Shown one piece after another: positions 9,227-18,776 of a stretch of 64,000 bases of DNA. The notes beneath the pieces are model-generated. The model did no database searches and was not told where the DNA came from. It saw only the letters and a program-made list of their open reading frames with translations. How positions within the stretch are numbered: the stretch's first letter is position 1; each line of letters begins with the position of its first letter. The stretch spans positions 19,875-83,874 of the forward strand of contig CAZBPK010000131.1 of assembly GCA_964493765.1 (NCBI GenBank), read 5' to 3'. This DNA is from an uncultured Bacteroidia bacterium. GTDB taxonomy: Bacteria; Bacteroidota; Bacteroidia; J057; CALLMJ01. The position numbers and the translations under genes were made by a program.

Positions 9227-9790
9227 TTAGTTTTTTATTAATTTCTGAGTTGTAATTCCTTCAATTGTATTAATCGTAATAAAGTAACAACCTGATTCTA
9301 AATCTATAAGATTTAAAACTGTTTGATTGGATTGAATGTCTTTATTTAGTACTTTAACGCCTAATATACTATGAATTTGTACGGAAATAATTTTGTTTTC
9401 TGATTTGATATTAACAAAGTCAGAAGTAACTGTGGGGTAAAGTTGAATATTTGAATTGCTAACTTTTTGCTTGGAGGAGGTAGAAACTGTAAAAGAACCT
9501 TGCATAGAAGTGTGAATATTGCACTGATATTGGTAAGTACCTGCTACTAAAGGAATATAATCTCCAGTTGCATTTTGAAAAGCAAAAGGATTAGCACCTT
9601 GAGGAACATTGGTAGAATGAGCCGTATGAGTTCCTGATACTTTTACAAATCTTATAGTATCTCCAATGGAAACATTGGGAATATTATTAGGAGCAAAACT
9701 AAAACTGCTCACTTGAATAGTATGAACCGTTTGGGCATTTAAGCAAAGGTTCAATAATGAAGCAATAAAATAAAGAATAGTCAATCTCAT
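9227..9790 (-). CDS. Cupredoxin (type 1 blue-copper-like) protein with T9SS type A C-terminal sorting domain
   Basis: Signal peptide. Putative Cu ligands are H in GTHTAH plus C-x2-H-x2-M in YQCNIHTSMQG. C-terminal LYPTVTSDFVNI...GCYFITINT...QKLIKN resembles a Por secretion tail. Confidence 0.7.
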   Translation of the reverse strand: MRLTILYFIASLLNLCLNAQTVHTIQVSSFSFAPNNIPNVSIGDTIRFVKVSGTHTAHSTNVPQGANPFAFQNATGDYIPLVAGTYQYQCNIHTSMQGSFTVSTSSKQKVSNSNIQLYPTVTSDFVNIKSENKIISVQIHSILGVKVLNKDIQSNQTVLNLIDLESGCYFITINTIEGITTQKLIKN

Positions 9791-9806
9791 AAAAAATAAA
9801 TTTCTA

Positions 9807-9814
9807 CAAATTTA
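9807..9814 (-). promoter_or_regulatory. -7 promoter box TAaaTTTG (minus strand)
   Basis: Plus-strand CAAATTTA, 17 nt upstream of ATG 9790. Overlaps the 3' end of the upstream CDS. Confidence 0.4.
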
Positions 9815-10681
9815 AGAATTATTTTTTTTTCTAGAATTTTTTTTATGAAATTTTTTGGGTAAAATTTTTACTTCTTTAGGAAAAACATCAGGTGTTGGAT
9901 ATTTCAGCAGCTTAAAATCATTTTCATTTATATTTTCAATGATACCATTTTGGTAAAGGCAACCTACGTAAAGTTTAGCATTTCTAGTATGAAAAACTTT
10001 ATGAAGGGTTTTTCCTGTCGCGATTAAAACAATTTCCCCAAGAGCTTTTTTTTCATAGATACCCTCTAGCTCAAAGTGTTCTTGAAATGCATTACAGATT
10101 TGTTGAAGCTCTTCAGGTATTAATTCTTTGATTATGGGTTCTTTTTTATTTTTGGATTTATTGGAACCCTTTTTTTCAATAGTTTCTAATTTTTCGGAAT
10201 TTTCAGTTTTTTTGATTTCTTGATTTTTATGTTGAGTTTTTTCTTTTTGGAGATTTTGAGCTCTGGGTAGTTTATTTAAAGAAGGTTCTAAAAGAAGAAA
10301 ATCCATGGAAATACCTTTTAGTTTTAAATACTCACTAATAGATTCATAGTAGGGTAGTGTGGCAACCAAAGTAATTTTATGAGAGTCTTTTAGAGAATGA
10401 ATGTCAAACATTATAATTCCAAGAATCCAAAAAGGGGATTGTCTTGTATCTTCGGGTAATGAAAATAATTTCACTAAGAATTTTTGTTCAAGTTCTTTTA
10501 ATTTTGAGTTTTCTTTGTTAGAAGTAAAAATCCAAAGTTCGGGATTTTCAAATGAGTCTAAGAAATTCCAATTCACATTTTTTGATTCCAGTGAGTCAAT
10601 ATCAAAAGCAACAATATGGTTCCCTTGTGTTGGGGTGTTACTACTGGAGGGTTTTGAAGAAAAAAAGTTAAATAATGCCAT
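9812..10681 (-). CDS. Hypothetical protein with a central Lys/Glu-rich linker
   Basis: 289-aa ORF with two globular halves joined by a KEKTQHKNQEIKKTENSEK low-complexity linker and a basic C-terminal tail. No motif recognised. Confidence 0.5.
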   Translation of the reverse strand: MALFNFFSSKPSSSNTPTQGNHIVAFDIDSLESKNVNWNFLDSFENPELWIFTSNKENSKLKELEQKFLVKLFSLPEDTRQSPFWILGIIMFDIHSLKDSHKITLVATLPYYESISEYLKLKGISMDFLLLEPSLNKLPRAQNLQKEKTQHKNQEIKKTENSEKLETIEKKGSNKSKNKKEPIIKELIPEELQQICNAFQEHFELEGIYEKKALGEIVLIATGKTLHKVFHTRNAKLYVGCLYQNGIIENINENDFKLLKYPTPDVFPKEVKILPKKFHKKNSRKKNNS

Positions 10682-10694
10682 AATAATTAATGAG

Positions 10695-11837
10695 TTAAAT
10701 TTTATTAAGTGCTTGTTGTAAATCGTTTATTAATAATTCAGGTTCATCTAAACCGATACTTAATCTGATTAAATTCCATTTTTCAGGTAATGGAGTAATT
10801 GTTATTCCTGGAAATATTAAACTTTCATAACTACCCCATGAACAAGCTAAAAGAAAAAGGTTTAAAGAATTACAAAATAATTCAATTTTTGAGGGGTCAG
10901 TAGTTTTTAGTTCAATACTGAATAGACCGGAACAACCTTTCATTTGTTTTTTTGCTAATTCGTATTGAGGATGATTTTTAGAAAAAGGGTAGTAAACTTT
11001 TTCAATTTTAGGATGATTTTCTAAAAAATCTACAATTTTTAAAGTTGATTGATAAACTTTTTCAAGGCGTATAGGAAGGGTTCTTAATCCTCTTAAAAGC
11101 AAAGCGGCATCATGAGCAGATAAAATTCCGCCGATATTCATAAAATCTGTATAAAAGATTTTTTCAATCATACTTTGATTTGCACAAATTACACCAGCTA
11201 CTACATCAGAATGACCAGAAATATATTTAGTTGCAGAATGGCAAACAATATCTATACCAAAATCAGAGGATTTTTGAAATAAAGGAGTAGCGTAAGAATT
11301 ATCTAAAATCGTTAATATTTTGTTTTCTTTTGCTATTGTTAGAGTTTCTTCTAAATCGGTAATTTCAAAAGTTAAGGAATTTGGAGTTTCTAAAAAAAAT
11401 AATTTTGTATTGTAATGTAAAGCTTTTTTATAAGCATTTTTTTCAGTTGGGTTTACAAAAGTCGTTTCAACTCCAAATTTTTTGAGGTATTGATTAAAAA
11501 GTTTGTAAGTCCATGAGTAAGGTTTGTGAACACAGACTACATGGTCTCCAGATTTTAGATTGGAATTTACTGCCGCCGCAATTGCAGCGCTTCCACTAGA
11601 AAAGAACAATGCATCATCATAACCTTCTAATGCAGCAATTTTTTTTCTTAAAATTTCTACAGTTGGGTTATTCCCTCGTGTATAAAAGGGATTTTTTAAC
11701 TCATTTTTAATTGCCTCACGCATTTCTTCAACATTTTCAAAACAAAAATTTGAAGTTTGAAAGATGGGAGGTGCTACTGCATTTTTATATTCTTTCCTAT
11801 TTTCCCCTAAATGATTGATAATAAAGCTTTCTTCCAT
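10695..11837 (-). CDS. Cys/Met-metabolism PLP-dependent enzyme (cystathionine gamma-synthase / beta-lyase family)
   Basis: HSATKYISGHSDVVAG PLP-lysine motif. 380 aa, typical of the family. Confidence 0.85.
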   Translation of the reverse strand: MEESFIINHLGENRKEYKNAVAPPIFQTSNFCFENVEEMREAIKNELKNPFYTRGNNPTVEILRKKIAALEGYDDALFFSSGSAAIAAAVNSNLKSGDHVVCVHKPYSWTYKLFNQYLKKFGVETTFVNPTEKNAYKKALHYNTKLFFLETPNSLTFEITDLEETLTIAKENKILTILDNSYATPLFQKSSDFGIDIVCHSATKYISGHSDVVAGVICANQSMIEKIFYTDFMNIGGILSAHDAALLLRGLRTLPIRLEKVYQSTLKIVDFLENHPKIEKVYYPFSKNHPQYELAKKQMKGCSGLFSIELKTTDPSKIELFCNSLNLFLLACSWGSYESLIFPGITITPLPEKWNLIRLSIGLDEPELLINDLQQALNKI

Positions 11838-12272
11838 TTAAGAAATGATGTTAAGGTTAGGATAATGTGCCTCTTTGTTACCAAATTCAGCAAAAGTTGT
11901 AGTTAAAAAACCTCCTCTAATATTATAAATCACTTCAATACGTAAGTATTTAGGCTCTAAACATTTAAGCAAATGCCCAAAAATTATGTCAGTTACAGGT
12001 TCTTGAAAAATAGCGTCGTTTCTAAAAGAAAAAAAGTAATATTTGAGAGCTTTTAGCTCAACGCATTTTTTATTGGGTATATATTCAATGGTAATATCTG
12101 CAATGTCTGGTAAACCTGTACCCGGACAAACCGCTGAAAATTCTTTGGTTTGAATTTTAATTAGTTGAGCATATTGATTTTCAATCTCAAAAGTTTCTAA
12201 TAGTTTAAATTTATCTTCTAAATTAAAGTTTTTACGAGTATCTGCAATAAAAATTTCAGGTTTATTTTCCAT
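11838..12272 (-). CDS. queF: NADPH-dependent 7-cyano-7-deazaguanine (preQ0) reductase
   Basis: EFSAVCPGTGLPD catalytic Cys motif and an E(L/V)K-type motif (CVELKALKYY) of unimodular QueF. Confidence 0.9.
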   Translation of the reverse strand: MENKPEIFIADTRKNFNLEDKFKLLETFEIENQYAQLIKIQTKEFSAVCPGTGLPDIADITIEYIPNKKCVELKALKYYFFSFRNDAIFQEPVTDIIFGHLLKCLEPKYLRIEVIYNIRGGFLTTTFAEFGNKEAHYPNLNIIS

Positions 12273-12286
12273 AAAATGGACAAGAA

Positions 12287-12796
12287 TTATTTGGTTAAGA
12301 CTTCACAGTTATCAGGAACAATTTTTTTTATAAAAACTAATTCATCATGAGTCAAATGATTTTTGGAAATATCAATTAATTTTAAATTATCTAATCCACG
12401 CATTTCATTGGGAAAGTAAATTAAACGGTTACTACTCATATAAAGAGTATGAAGTTCTTTTAAATCTCCAAAAGTTTCAGGGATCTTCTTGATTTTATTT
12501 TTTGATAAATTTAAAACTTGTAGATTTTTTAAACGATTAATTTCAGCTGGAATTTCTTTTATTTGATTTTTCCCTAAATTTAATTCTTGAAGATTTTCAA
12601 ATAATAGGATTTCTTTAGGAAATTCTTTAAGTTTTTGATTACTTAAATTGAGTTTATAAACTTGATTTTTATTTGCAACAGCTTTTTCTAAAGAATTAAA
12701 AACTGGTTTTTTTTCCAATTCATACTGAGAAATGGGTTTTTGAGAGTACAGGCTATGTGAGAGTATTACAAAAATGTATACAAAATATTTTAACAT
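12287..12796 (-). CDS. Leucine-rich repeat protein with signal peptide
   Basis: Signal peptide ending LYSQ, then about five LxxLxLxxNxIxxIP repeats. Confidence 0.8.
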   Translation of the reverse strand: MLKYFVYIFVILSHSLYSQKPISQYELEKKPVFNSLEKAVANKNQVYKLNLSNQKLKEFPKEILLFENLQELNLGKNQIKEIPAEINRLKNLQVLNLSKNKIKKIPETFGDLKELHTLYMSSNRLIYFPNEMRGLDNLKLIDISKNHLTHDELVFIKKIVPDNCEVLTK

Positions 12797-12816
12797 TTAA
12801 CAAAAAAATTTGACTA

Positions 12817-12824
12817 CAAAAATA
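12817..12824 (-). promoter_or_regulatory. -7 promoter box TAttTTTG (minus strand)
   Basis: Plus-strand CAAAAATA, 21 nt upstream of ATG 12796. Confidence 0.45.
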
Positions 12825-12845
12825 GAAAATAATTCACAAAACAAA

Positions 12846-13991
12846 TTATTTTTTCAAAATTTGGCTATAAAATTTTTCATAAGTTTTAACGATAATGTTT
12901 TCATCAAAATTTTGAGCAGTTCTTAGTGCATTTATAGAATAATCTGAATATTTGTCTTCTTTTAAAACATTAATTACATATTCAGACATTTTATCGATAT
13001 CTCCAACATCAGCCATAAAACCATTAAAATCCTGACGAATGACTTCAGGTAATCCACCTGCATTTGAAGCCACAACAGGAATACCACAAGCCATAGCTTC
13101 TAATGCTGCTAAACCAAAACTTTCTGATTCTGATGGCATTAAAAATACATCAGAAATAGCTAATATGTCTTCAACTTTTTCTTGTTTACCCATAAAAATT
13201 ACACAGTTTGTAAGTTGATTTTCCCTAACGAATTTTTCTAAATTGGTTCTTTCGGGTCCATCACCCACCATAATGAGTTTAGTTGGAATATGTTTTTTAA
13301 CTTTTAAATAGATTTCTAAAACATCTTGAACTCTTTTTACTTTCCTGAAATTGGAAGTATGAATTAATATTTTTTCATTATTAGGGGCAATTAATTTACG
13401 ATACATATTTCTAATATCGGGTTTAGGGCGAAACCTTTCTAAAGAAACAAAGTTCGGAATTACTTCAATATTTTGTTGAACATTAAAATAATCATAAGTA
13501 GCTTGTTTTAAATATTCAGAAACGGAAGTTACTAAATCGGATTGTTCAATTGCATATTTAATGACAGTCTTGAAAGTTTCTTCTTTTCCGACTAATGTTA
13601 TATCAGTACCATGAAGGGTTGTGATCACTGGCAAATCTATTTGATGAGATTTTAAAATTTGTTTTGCAAAAATAGCAGCTGATGCATGAGGTATGGCATA
13701 ATGAACATGAACAAAATCTAAATTATAGTGCATAGCTACATCAACAATTTTAGAAATTAATGCGGATTCATAGGGTAAATATTGAAAAAGTGGGTAATTG
13801 GGTGTAACAACTTCGTGATAATAAATATTTTGAGCAAAAAAATCTAATCGAACAGGTCTATCATAGGAAATAAAATGAATACAATGTCCAAGACTAGCTA
13901 AGATCTTTCCTAATTCTGTTGCAATTACACCACTACCTCCAAAGGTCGGGTAACAAACAATTCCTAATGTCATAAAACGAAAACTTTGCAA
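12846..13991 (-). CDS. bshA: GT4 glycosyltransferase, N-acetyl-alpha-D-glucosaminyl L-malate synthase (bacillithiol biosynthesis)
   Basis: The N-terminus GIVCYPTFGGSGVIATELG and the C-terminal E-x7-E GT4 region (SESFGLAALEAMACG) are BshA-like. The true start is probably ATG 13973 (MTLGIV...). Confidence 0.75.
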   Translation of the reverse strand: MQSFRFMTLGIVCYPTFGGSGVIATELGKILASLGHCIHFISYDRPVRLDFFAQNIYYHEVVTPNYPLFQYLPYESALISKIVDVAMHYNLDFVHVHYAIPHASAAIFAKQILKSHQIDLPVITTLHGTDITLVGKEETFKTVIKYAIEQSDLVTSVSEYLKQATYDYFNVQQNIEVIPNFVSLERFRPKPDIRNMYRKLIAPNNEKILIHTSNFRKVKRVQDVLEIYLKVKKHIPTKLIMVGDGPERTNLEKFVRENQLTNCVIFMGKQEKVEDILAISDVFLMPSESESFGLAALEAMACGIPVVASNAGGLPEVIRQDFNGFMADVGDIDKMSEYVINVLKEDKYSDYSINALRTAQNFDENIIVKTYEKFYSQILKK

Positions 13992-14246
13992 GTTTAGTAA
14001 AAAAATTGATAATCAAGAAAATATTTTAAAACTATGAAAATCAATTACTTAATTGATGAAAAACAGTAATCCACATTTATAAACCAAAAATGTTGAAAAG
14101 TGAATAACCCAATTTGAAATTATTCTATATGGAAATCAGTTAGTTAAAAATTTTTTACTACAATTTGAACATTTTATAAAAAGTCAATAGTAAACAATAA
14201 AAAAAAATGGTGCAATTTTGAAGTCGTAAACTCAATAAAAAAATAT
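13992..14246. other. Candidate replication origin (oriC) / divergent promoter region
   Basis: A 255-bp very AT-rich spacer adjacent to dnaA, at the exact point where gene orientation switches from all-minus to all-plus. Contains one 8/9 DnaA box (TAATCCACA, 14067-14075) and one 7/9 box (14099-14107, minus strand). Box support is weak. Confidence 0.3.
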
Positions 14247-15722
14247 ATGAGGGTAGAAGATATAAATTATATGATTGAAAAAACTGACACTATGCAGCAA
14301 AATTGTCAAGAAATTTGGGCTAAATGTATGGAAATGATTAAAGAAAATGTTCAGCCTGAAACTTACGATACTTGGTTTAAGCCTATTGTTCCTATAAAAA
14401 TTGAGAATAATGAAATTACACTTCAAATTCCTTCTCATTTCTTTTATGAAGTCTTGGAAGAAAAATATGTGCATTTAATTTCAAAAACTTTAAAATTTTA
14501 TATAGGTCCAGAGGCAAAGTTGATTTACACAGTTCAAATGGAAAAAGATGGAAATAATTCTTCCTCTATAAATATACCATCAACAAAAGCTGAGGTAAAA
14601 ACTCAAAATCCTTCCATTCAATTGCCGAGTTCTAATAATAAAATCATGAATCCTTTTATTATTCCAGGGCTCCAGAAACTCACAATTCAATCACAACTTA
14701 ATCCTAATTATACTTTTGAGAATTTTATTGAAGGGGAGTGTAATCAATTAGCACGTTCTGCAGGTATTGGACTAGCTACAAAACCCGGAAAAAGTGCATT
14801 TAATCCCTTATTTATATATGGTAATGTTGCTTTAGGAAAAACGCATTTAGCTCATGCAATAGGAAATGAAGTAAAAAAATTACACCCAAATAAAGTAGTT
14901 CTTTATGTTCCCTGTGAAAAATTCTTGAGCCAATTTGTGGATTCTGTCAAAAGTAACCAAATTAATGAGTTTATCAATTTTTATCAATTAATAGATGTTC
15001 TTATCGTTGATGATATACAATTATTAATTGGAAAAGAAAAAACTCAAGAAGCATTTTTTACCATTTTCAATCATTTACATCAAAATGAAAAGCAATTAAT
15101 TCTAACTTCTGATGTTGCACCCAAAGACTTAAAAGGTATTGAAGAAAGACTACTTTCAAGATTTAAATGGGGATTGAGTGCGGATTTACAAGTTCCAGAC
15201 CAAGAAACTAGAATTGCTATTCTAAAAAGTAAAATGAAAACTGAGGGTGTTGAAATGCCTGATAATATTATTGAATATGTTGCTATGCACATAAATACTA
15301 ATGTGAGAGATTTAGAAGGTTCTTTAATAGGTATTTTAGCTCAAAGTTCATTCAATAAAAAGGAAATTGATATAGAATTAGCAAAAAGTGTTATTAAAAA
15401 CTTTATTGTTAATAATCATAGAGAATTATCCATTGAATCAATAACAGCAACAGTTGCAGAATATTTTAAATTAAAACCTGAACAATTAAAAGAGAAAAGT
15501 AGAAAACGTGAAATTGTTCAAGCAAGACAAATTGCAATGTATTTTGCCAAAGAATCTACAAAATCTTCTTTAAAAACTATTGGTTTATACTTTGGTGGCA
15601 GAGATCATTCAACTGTAATTCATGCGATTACCACTGTTAATGATTTATGTTATACAGATAAACATTTTAAAGGTTATGTTGAAGACCTACGAAAAAAATT
15701 TCAAAATAATCACTTAGCATAA
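14247..15722 (+). CDS. dnaA: Chromosomal replication initiator protein DnaA
   Basis: Walker A GNVALGKTHL, DDIQ box, and a C-terminal HTH region (RQIAMYFAKE...GGRDHSTVIHA). The real start may be ATG 14292 (MQQNCQEIWAKC...). Confidence 0.95.
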   Translation: MRVEDINYMIEKTDTMQQNCQEIWAKCMEMIKENVQPETYDTWFKPIVPIKIENNEITLQIPSHFFYEVLEEKYVHLISKTLKFYIGPEAKLIYTVQMEKDGNNSSSINIPSTKAEVKTQNPSIQLPSSNNKIMNPFIIPGLQKLTIQSQLNPNYTFENFIEGECNQLARSAGIGLATKPGKSAFNPLFIYGNVALGKTHLAHAIGNEVKKLHPNKVVLYVPCEKFLSQFVDSVKSNQINEFINFYQLIDVLIVDDIQLLIGKEKTQEAFFTIFNHLHQNEKQLILTSDVAPKDLKGIEERLLSRFKWGLSADLQVPDQETRIAILKSKMKTEGVEMPDNIIEYVAMHINTNVRDLEGSLIGILAQSSFNKKEIDIELAKSVIKNFIVNNHRELSIESITATVAEYFKLKPEQLKEKSRKREIVQARQIAMYFAKESTKSSLKTIGLYFGGRDHSTVIHAITTVNDLCYTDKHFKGYVEDLRKKFQNNHLA

Positions 15723-16604
15723 ATGAAAACTGCATACATTTTTCCAGGGCAAGGCTCTCAATTCCCTGGTATGGGAAAAAATTTATTTGATAATAACAAC
15801 AATGCTAAAGTTTTATTTAAAAAAGCTGATGAAATTTTAGGATTTGAAATTTCCAAAATTATGTTTGAAGGAACAGCAGAAGAACTAAAAAAAACTTCTG
15901 TAACTCAACCAGCTATTTTTTTACATTCTACTATTTTAGCAAAATGTTTAAAAATTCAACCAAGCATGGTTGCTGGTCATTCTTTAGGTGAATTTTCTGC
16001 ATTAGTTGTAAATGGATGTTTAGAATTTGATGATGCTTTAAAATTGGTACAAATTCGTGCTAATGCAATGCAAAAAGCCTGCAATGAACAACCCTCTACT
16101 ATGGCTGCTATAGTCGGAATTGAAGATCAATTGGTGGAAGAGGTTTGTAAGTCTATTTCAGATACTATTGTGGTCCCTGCAAATTATAATTCCCCTGGTC
16201 AATTAGTAATTTCTGGAACCCTTGAAGGAGTAGAAAAAGCTATGGCATTATGCAAAGAAAAAGGTGCTAAAATCGTAAAAAAATTAGAAGTAGATGGTGC
16301 ATTCCATTCACCCCTAATGGAATCAGCCAAAAAAGAATTAGAAAAAGGTATTCTCTCTACATTATTTCAAACTCCTTCCTGTCCTATTTATCAAAATTAT
16401 ACAGCAAAACCTTCTACAGATTCCAACGAAATAAAACAAAATTTAATTGCTCAATTAACAAGTCCAGTATTATGGACTCAATCCATCCAAAATATGATTA
16501 AAGATGGGGCATCCGAATTTACAGAATTGGGACCCGGAAATGTGCTTCAAGGCTTAGTAAAAAGAATTGATAAAACGGTTTCTACAAACGGTAGAACAGA
16601 ATAA
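15723..16604 (+). CDS. fabD: Malonyl-CoA:ACP transacylase
   Basis: FPGQGSQFPGMG and the active-site motif GHSLGEFSA. Confidence 0.95.
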   Translation: MKTAYIFPGQGSQFPGMGKNLFDNNNNAKVLFKKADEILGFEISKIMFEGTAEELKKTSVTQPAIFLHSTILAKCLKIQPSMVAGHSLGEFSALVVNGCLEFDDALKLVQIRANAMQKACNEQPSTMAAIVGIEDQLVEEVCKSISDTIVVPANYNSPGQLVISGTLEGVEKAMALCKEKGAKIVKKLEVDGAFHSPLMESAKKELEKGILSTLFQTPSCPIYQNYTAKPSTDSNEIKQNLIAQLTSPVLWTQSIQNMIKDGASEFTELGPGNVLQGLVKRIDKTVSTNGRTE

Positions 16605-16698
16605 TTTTTTTATATCAAAAATAAAAATTGAACAGGATTTAAAACCCTATTTTTTATACATCAACTAATCAAAAAAACATTAACTTTGCAGTAAAATT

Positions 16699-16772
16699 GC
16701 GTTCGTAGCTCAATTGGATAGAGCATTTGACTTCGGATCAAACGGTTGAGGGTTCGAATCCTTCCGGACGCA
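16699..16772 (+). tRNA. tRNA-Arg (anticodon UCG)
   Basis: Manual cloverleaf. Acceptor GCGTTCG/CGGACGC has one G-U pair. D arm GCTC-AATTGGATA-GAGC. Anticodon stem TTTGA/TCAAA with loop CT-TCG-GA. T arm GAGGG-TTCGAAT-CCTTC. Discriminator A; no encoded CCA. Confidence 0.9.
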
Positions 16773-16792
16773 CAAATTTTACTGCAATTTTT

Positions 16793-18604
16793 ATGTCCCT
16801 TAAAATATTTTTTTTTCATTTTTTCCTTTTTTTTGCTATTTCTAGCCATTTGTTGGCTCAATTAACTCCTGAAGAACAACTTGCAGACGAGTATTTTAAT
16901 GAAGGTGAATTTGAAAAAGCTTTAGATCTTTACCAAAAACTTTTTAAAAATAAAGAAGAAATTCGTTTGGTTTTTAAAATTACTAATACCTATTCCTCTT
17001 TAAAACAATTTCCTGAACTTCATCAGTTTTTAGATAAAATCATCAAAAAAAATAGTAATGATAATCTATTGGTTGCTTTAAAAGGATTTGTATTTACTCA
17101 AGAAAAAAAAGATTCTGAAGCAAATGCAGTTTGGTCAAACTTATTAAATAAAATAACAAAAGAAGAGGATTTTCAAAAAATTGGTACTTTTCTTTTTAAA
17201 AATCGTCAATTTGAATGGTCAGAAAAGTTTTTTTTGCAAGGAAGAAAAATCTTAAAGTCTAATCAATTATTTGCAACAGAGCTTTATGAAAATTACGCTG
17301 CAATTGGAGACTTCTATAAAGCTACTTTGGAACTAATGGTTATGTTATGTGAAAACTATTTTCAACCAGATTTAATCAAAGGAAAAATTGCCGTAATGAT
17401 TGATGATAAATCTTATGAATCTATTGAAAAAGCTCTACTTCAATCGGTTACAAAATATAAAGATAATGTGACAGTTTTAGAAATCCTTTTTGATTTTTAT
17501 GTTCAATCTGAAAATTATGAAGAAGCTTTTTTACAAATTAAGCAAATTGATAGGATATTACAAGATGGTAACAATCGTATTTTTCAATATGCCAAGACTT
17601 TACAAAATAATCAAAAATATGAAGAATCCAATCAAGTTTTGGATTACATCATTAATAGACCCCAAAAATCCAGTTATCATTTACTTGCTTTACAAGAAAA
17701 AGCTGTAAATTATGAACAAATTGTTTTGGAGTCTAAACCTATTGATTTACAAAAAGTTAAAAATGCTGTTAAAAACTATGACGATTTAATCAAAGAATAC
17801 GGAAAACAATCACAAATTTTTGAAGCCATTTATAGAAAAGCCAACTTATGTATTTTTTACTTGAATGATTTACAAACAGCATTAAGTGATTTAGAAAGTA
17901 TTGAAAATTTACCCAGCTTAACTCCTCAAAATAAATCTAAAGCCAAATTATTAATTGGTGATATTTTTCTTTTACAAAATGAAATGGCAAAAGCAGAACT
18001 AAAATATACTGAAGTTGAAAAATCCAATAAAGATGCACAAATTGGAGCTTTCTCAAAGTACAAACAAGCAATGCTTTTTTATTATCGTGGTGATTTTGAA
18101 ATGTCAAAGGCTTTCTTTAAAATCCTAAAAGATAACACTTCCAATGATATTTCCAATGATGCAATAGATATGTTTTTGTTGATTCAAGATAACACAGGTT
18201 TGGATACTACTACAGAAGCTTTAAGTCGTTTTGCGAAAGCTCAGTTATTAATTTATCAAAAACAATATCCACAAGCACTTACGGTTTTAGATTCTTTACA
18301 ATTAAAATTTCCCAATCATCCTTTAAAAGATGATATTATTTGGCAGAAAGGTCAAATAGCATATAATCAAAATGATATTGAAAAAACTTTGTTTTTTTTA
18401 GACCAAATTTTAGCCAATCACTCACCGGGTGTTTATAGTGATGATGCTTTGTTTTTAAAAGCAGAAATTTATGACTACCTATTAAAAGATACTCAAAAAG
18501 CCATGGATTTATACCTCCAAATTATTACAGAATACCCTGGTTCCATATACAAAGTGAATGCAAGAAAACGAATAAGAGTATTAAGAGGAGATAAAAATCA
18601 GTAA
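16793..18604 (+). CDS. TPR-repeat protein with signal peptide
   Basis: The ORF-track start 16727 overlaps the tRNA. ATG 16793 gives the signal-like N-terminus MSLKIFFFHFFLFFAISSHLLAQ. The body is TPR-like helical repeats. Confidence 0.7.
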   Translation: MSLKIFFFHFFLFFAISSHLLAQLTPEEQLADEYFNEGEFEKALDLYQKLFKNKEEIRLVFKITNTYSSLKQFPELHQFLDKIIKKNSNDNLLVALKGFVFTQEKKDSEANAVWSNLLNKITKEEDFQKIGTFLFKNRQFEWSEKFFLQGRKILKSNQLFATELYENYAAIGDFYKATLELMVMLCENYFQPDLIKGKIAVMIDDKSYESIEKALLQSVTKYKDNVTVLEILFDFYVQSENYEEAFLQIKQIDRILQDGNNRIFQYAKTLQNNQKYEESNQVLDYIINRPQKSSYHLLALQEKAVNYEQIVLESKPIDLQKVKNAVKNYDDLIKEYGKQSQIFEAIYRKANLCIFYLNDLQTALSDLESIENLPSLTPQNKSKAKLLIGDIFLLQNEMAKAELKYTEVEKSNKDAQIGAFSKYKQAMLFYYRGDFEMSKAFFKILKDNTSNDISNDAIDMFLLIQDNTGLDTTTEALSRFAKAQLLIYQKQYPQALTVLDSLQLKFPNHPLKDDIIWQKGQIAYNQNDIEKTLFFLDQILANHSPGVYSDDALFLKAEIYDYLLKDTQKAMDLYLQIITEYPGSIYKVNARKRIRVLRGDKNQ

Positions 18605-18749
18605 AATAGATATTTATATACTATCTTTAAAACTTTGTTAGAGCATTTTTTATTGGGATTTATGAATGATTGTTGTTTTTACAAGAAGAAAATAAATTTT
18701 ATAATTTATGACTACTTAAAAAGAATTTGTGAAAATCAAACAATAATGC

Positions 18750-18757
18750 TATTTTTG
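18750..18757 (+). promoter_or_regulatory. -7 promoter box TAttTTTG
   Basis: 20 nt upstream of ATG 18777 (ftsY). Confidence 0.45.
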
Positions 18758-18776
18758 CACCGGTCAACAGCACATC

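Noticed and set aside
16727-16792. 5' extension of the TPR ORF (MTSDQTVEGSNPSGRTNFTAIF)
   Set aside because: It overlaps the tRNA-Arg gene on the same strand; GSNPSG is the translation of the T-arm. ATG 16793 gives a proper signal peptide.
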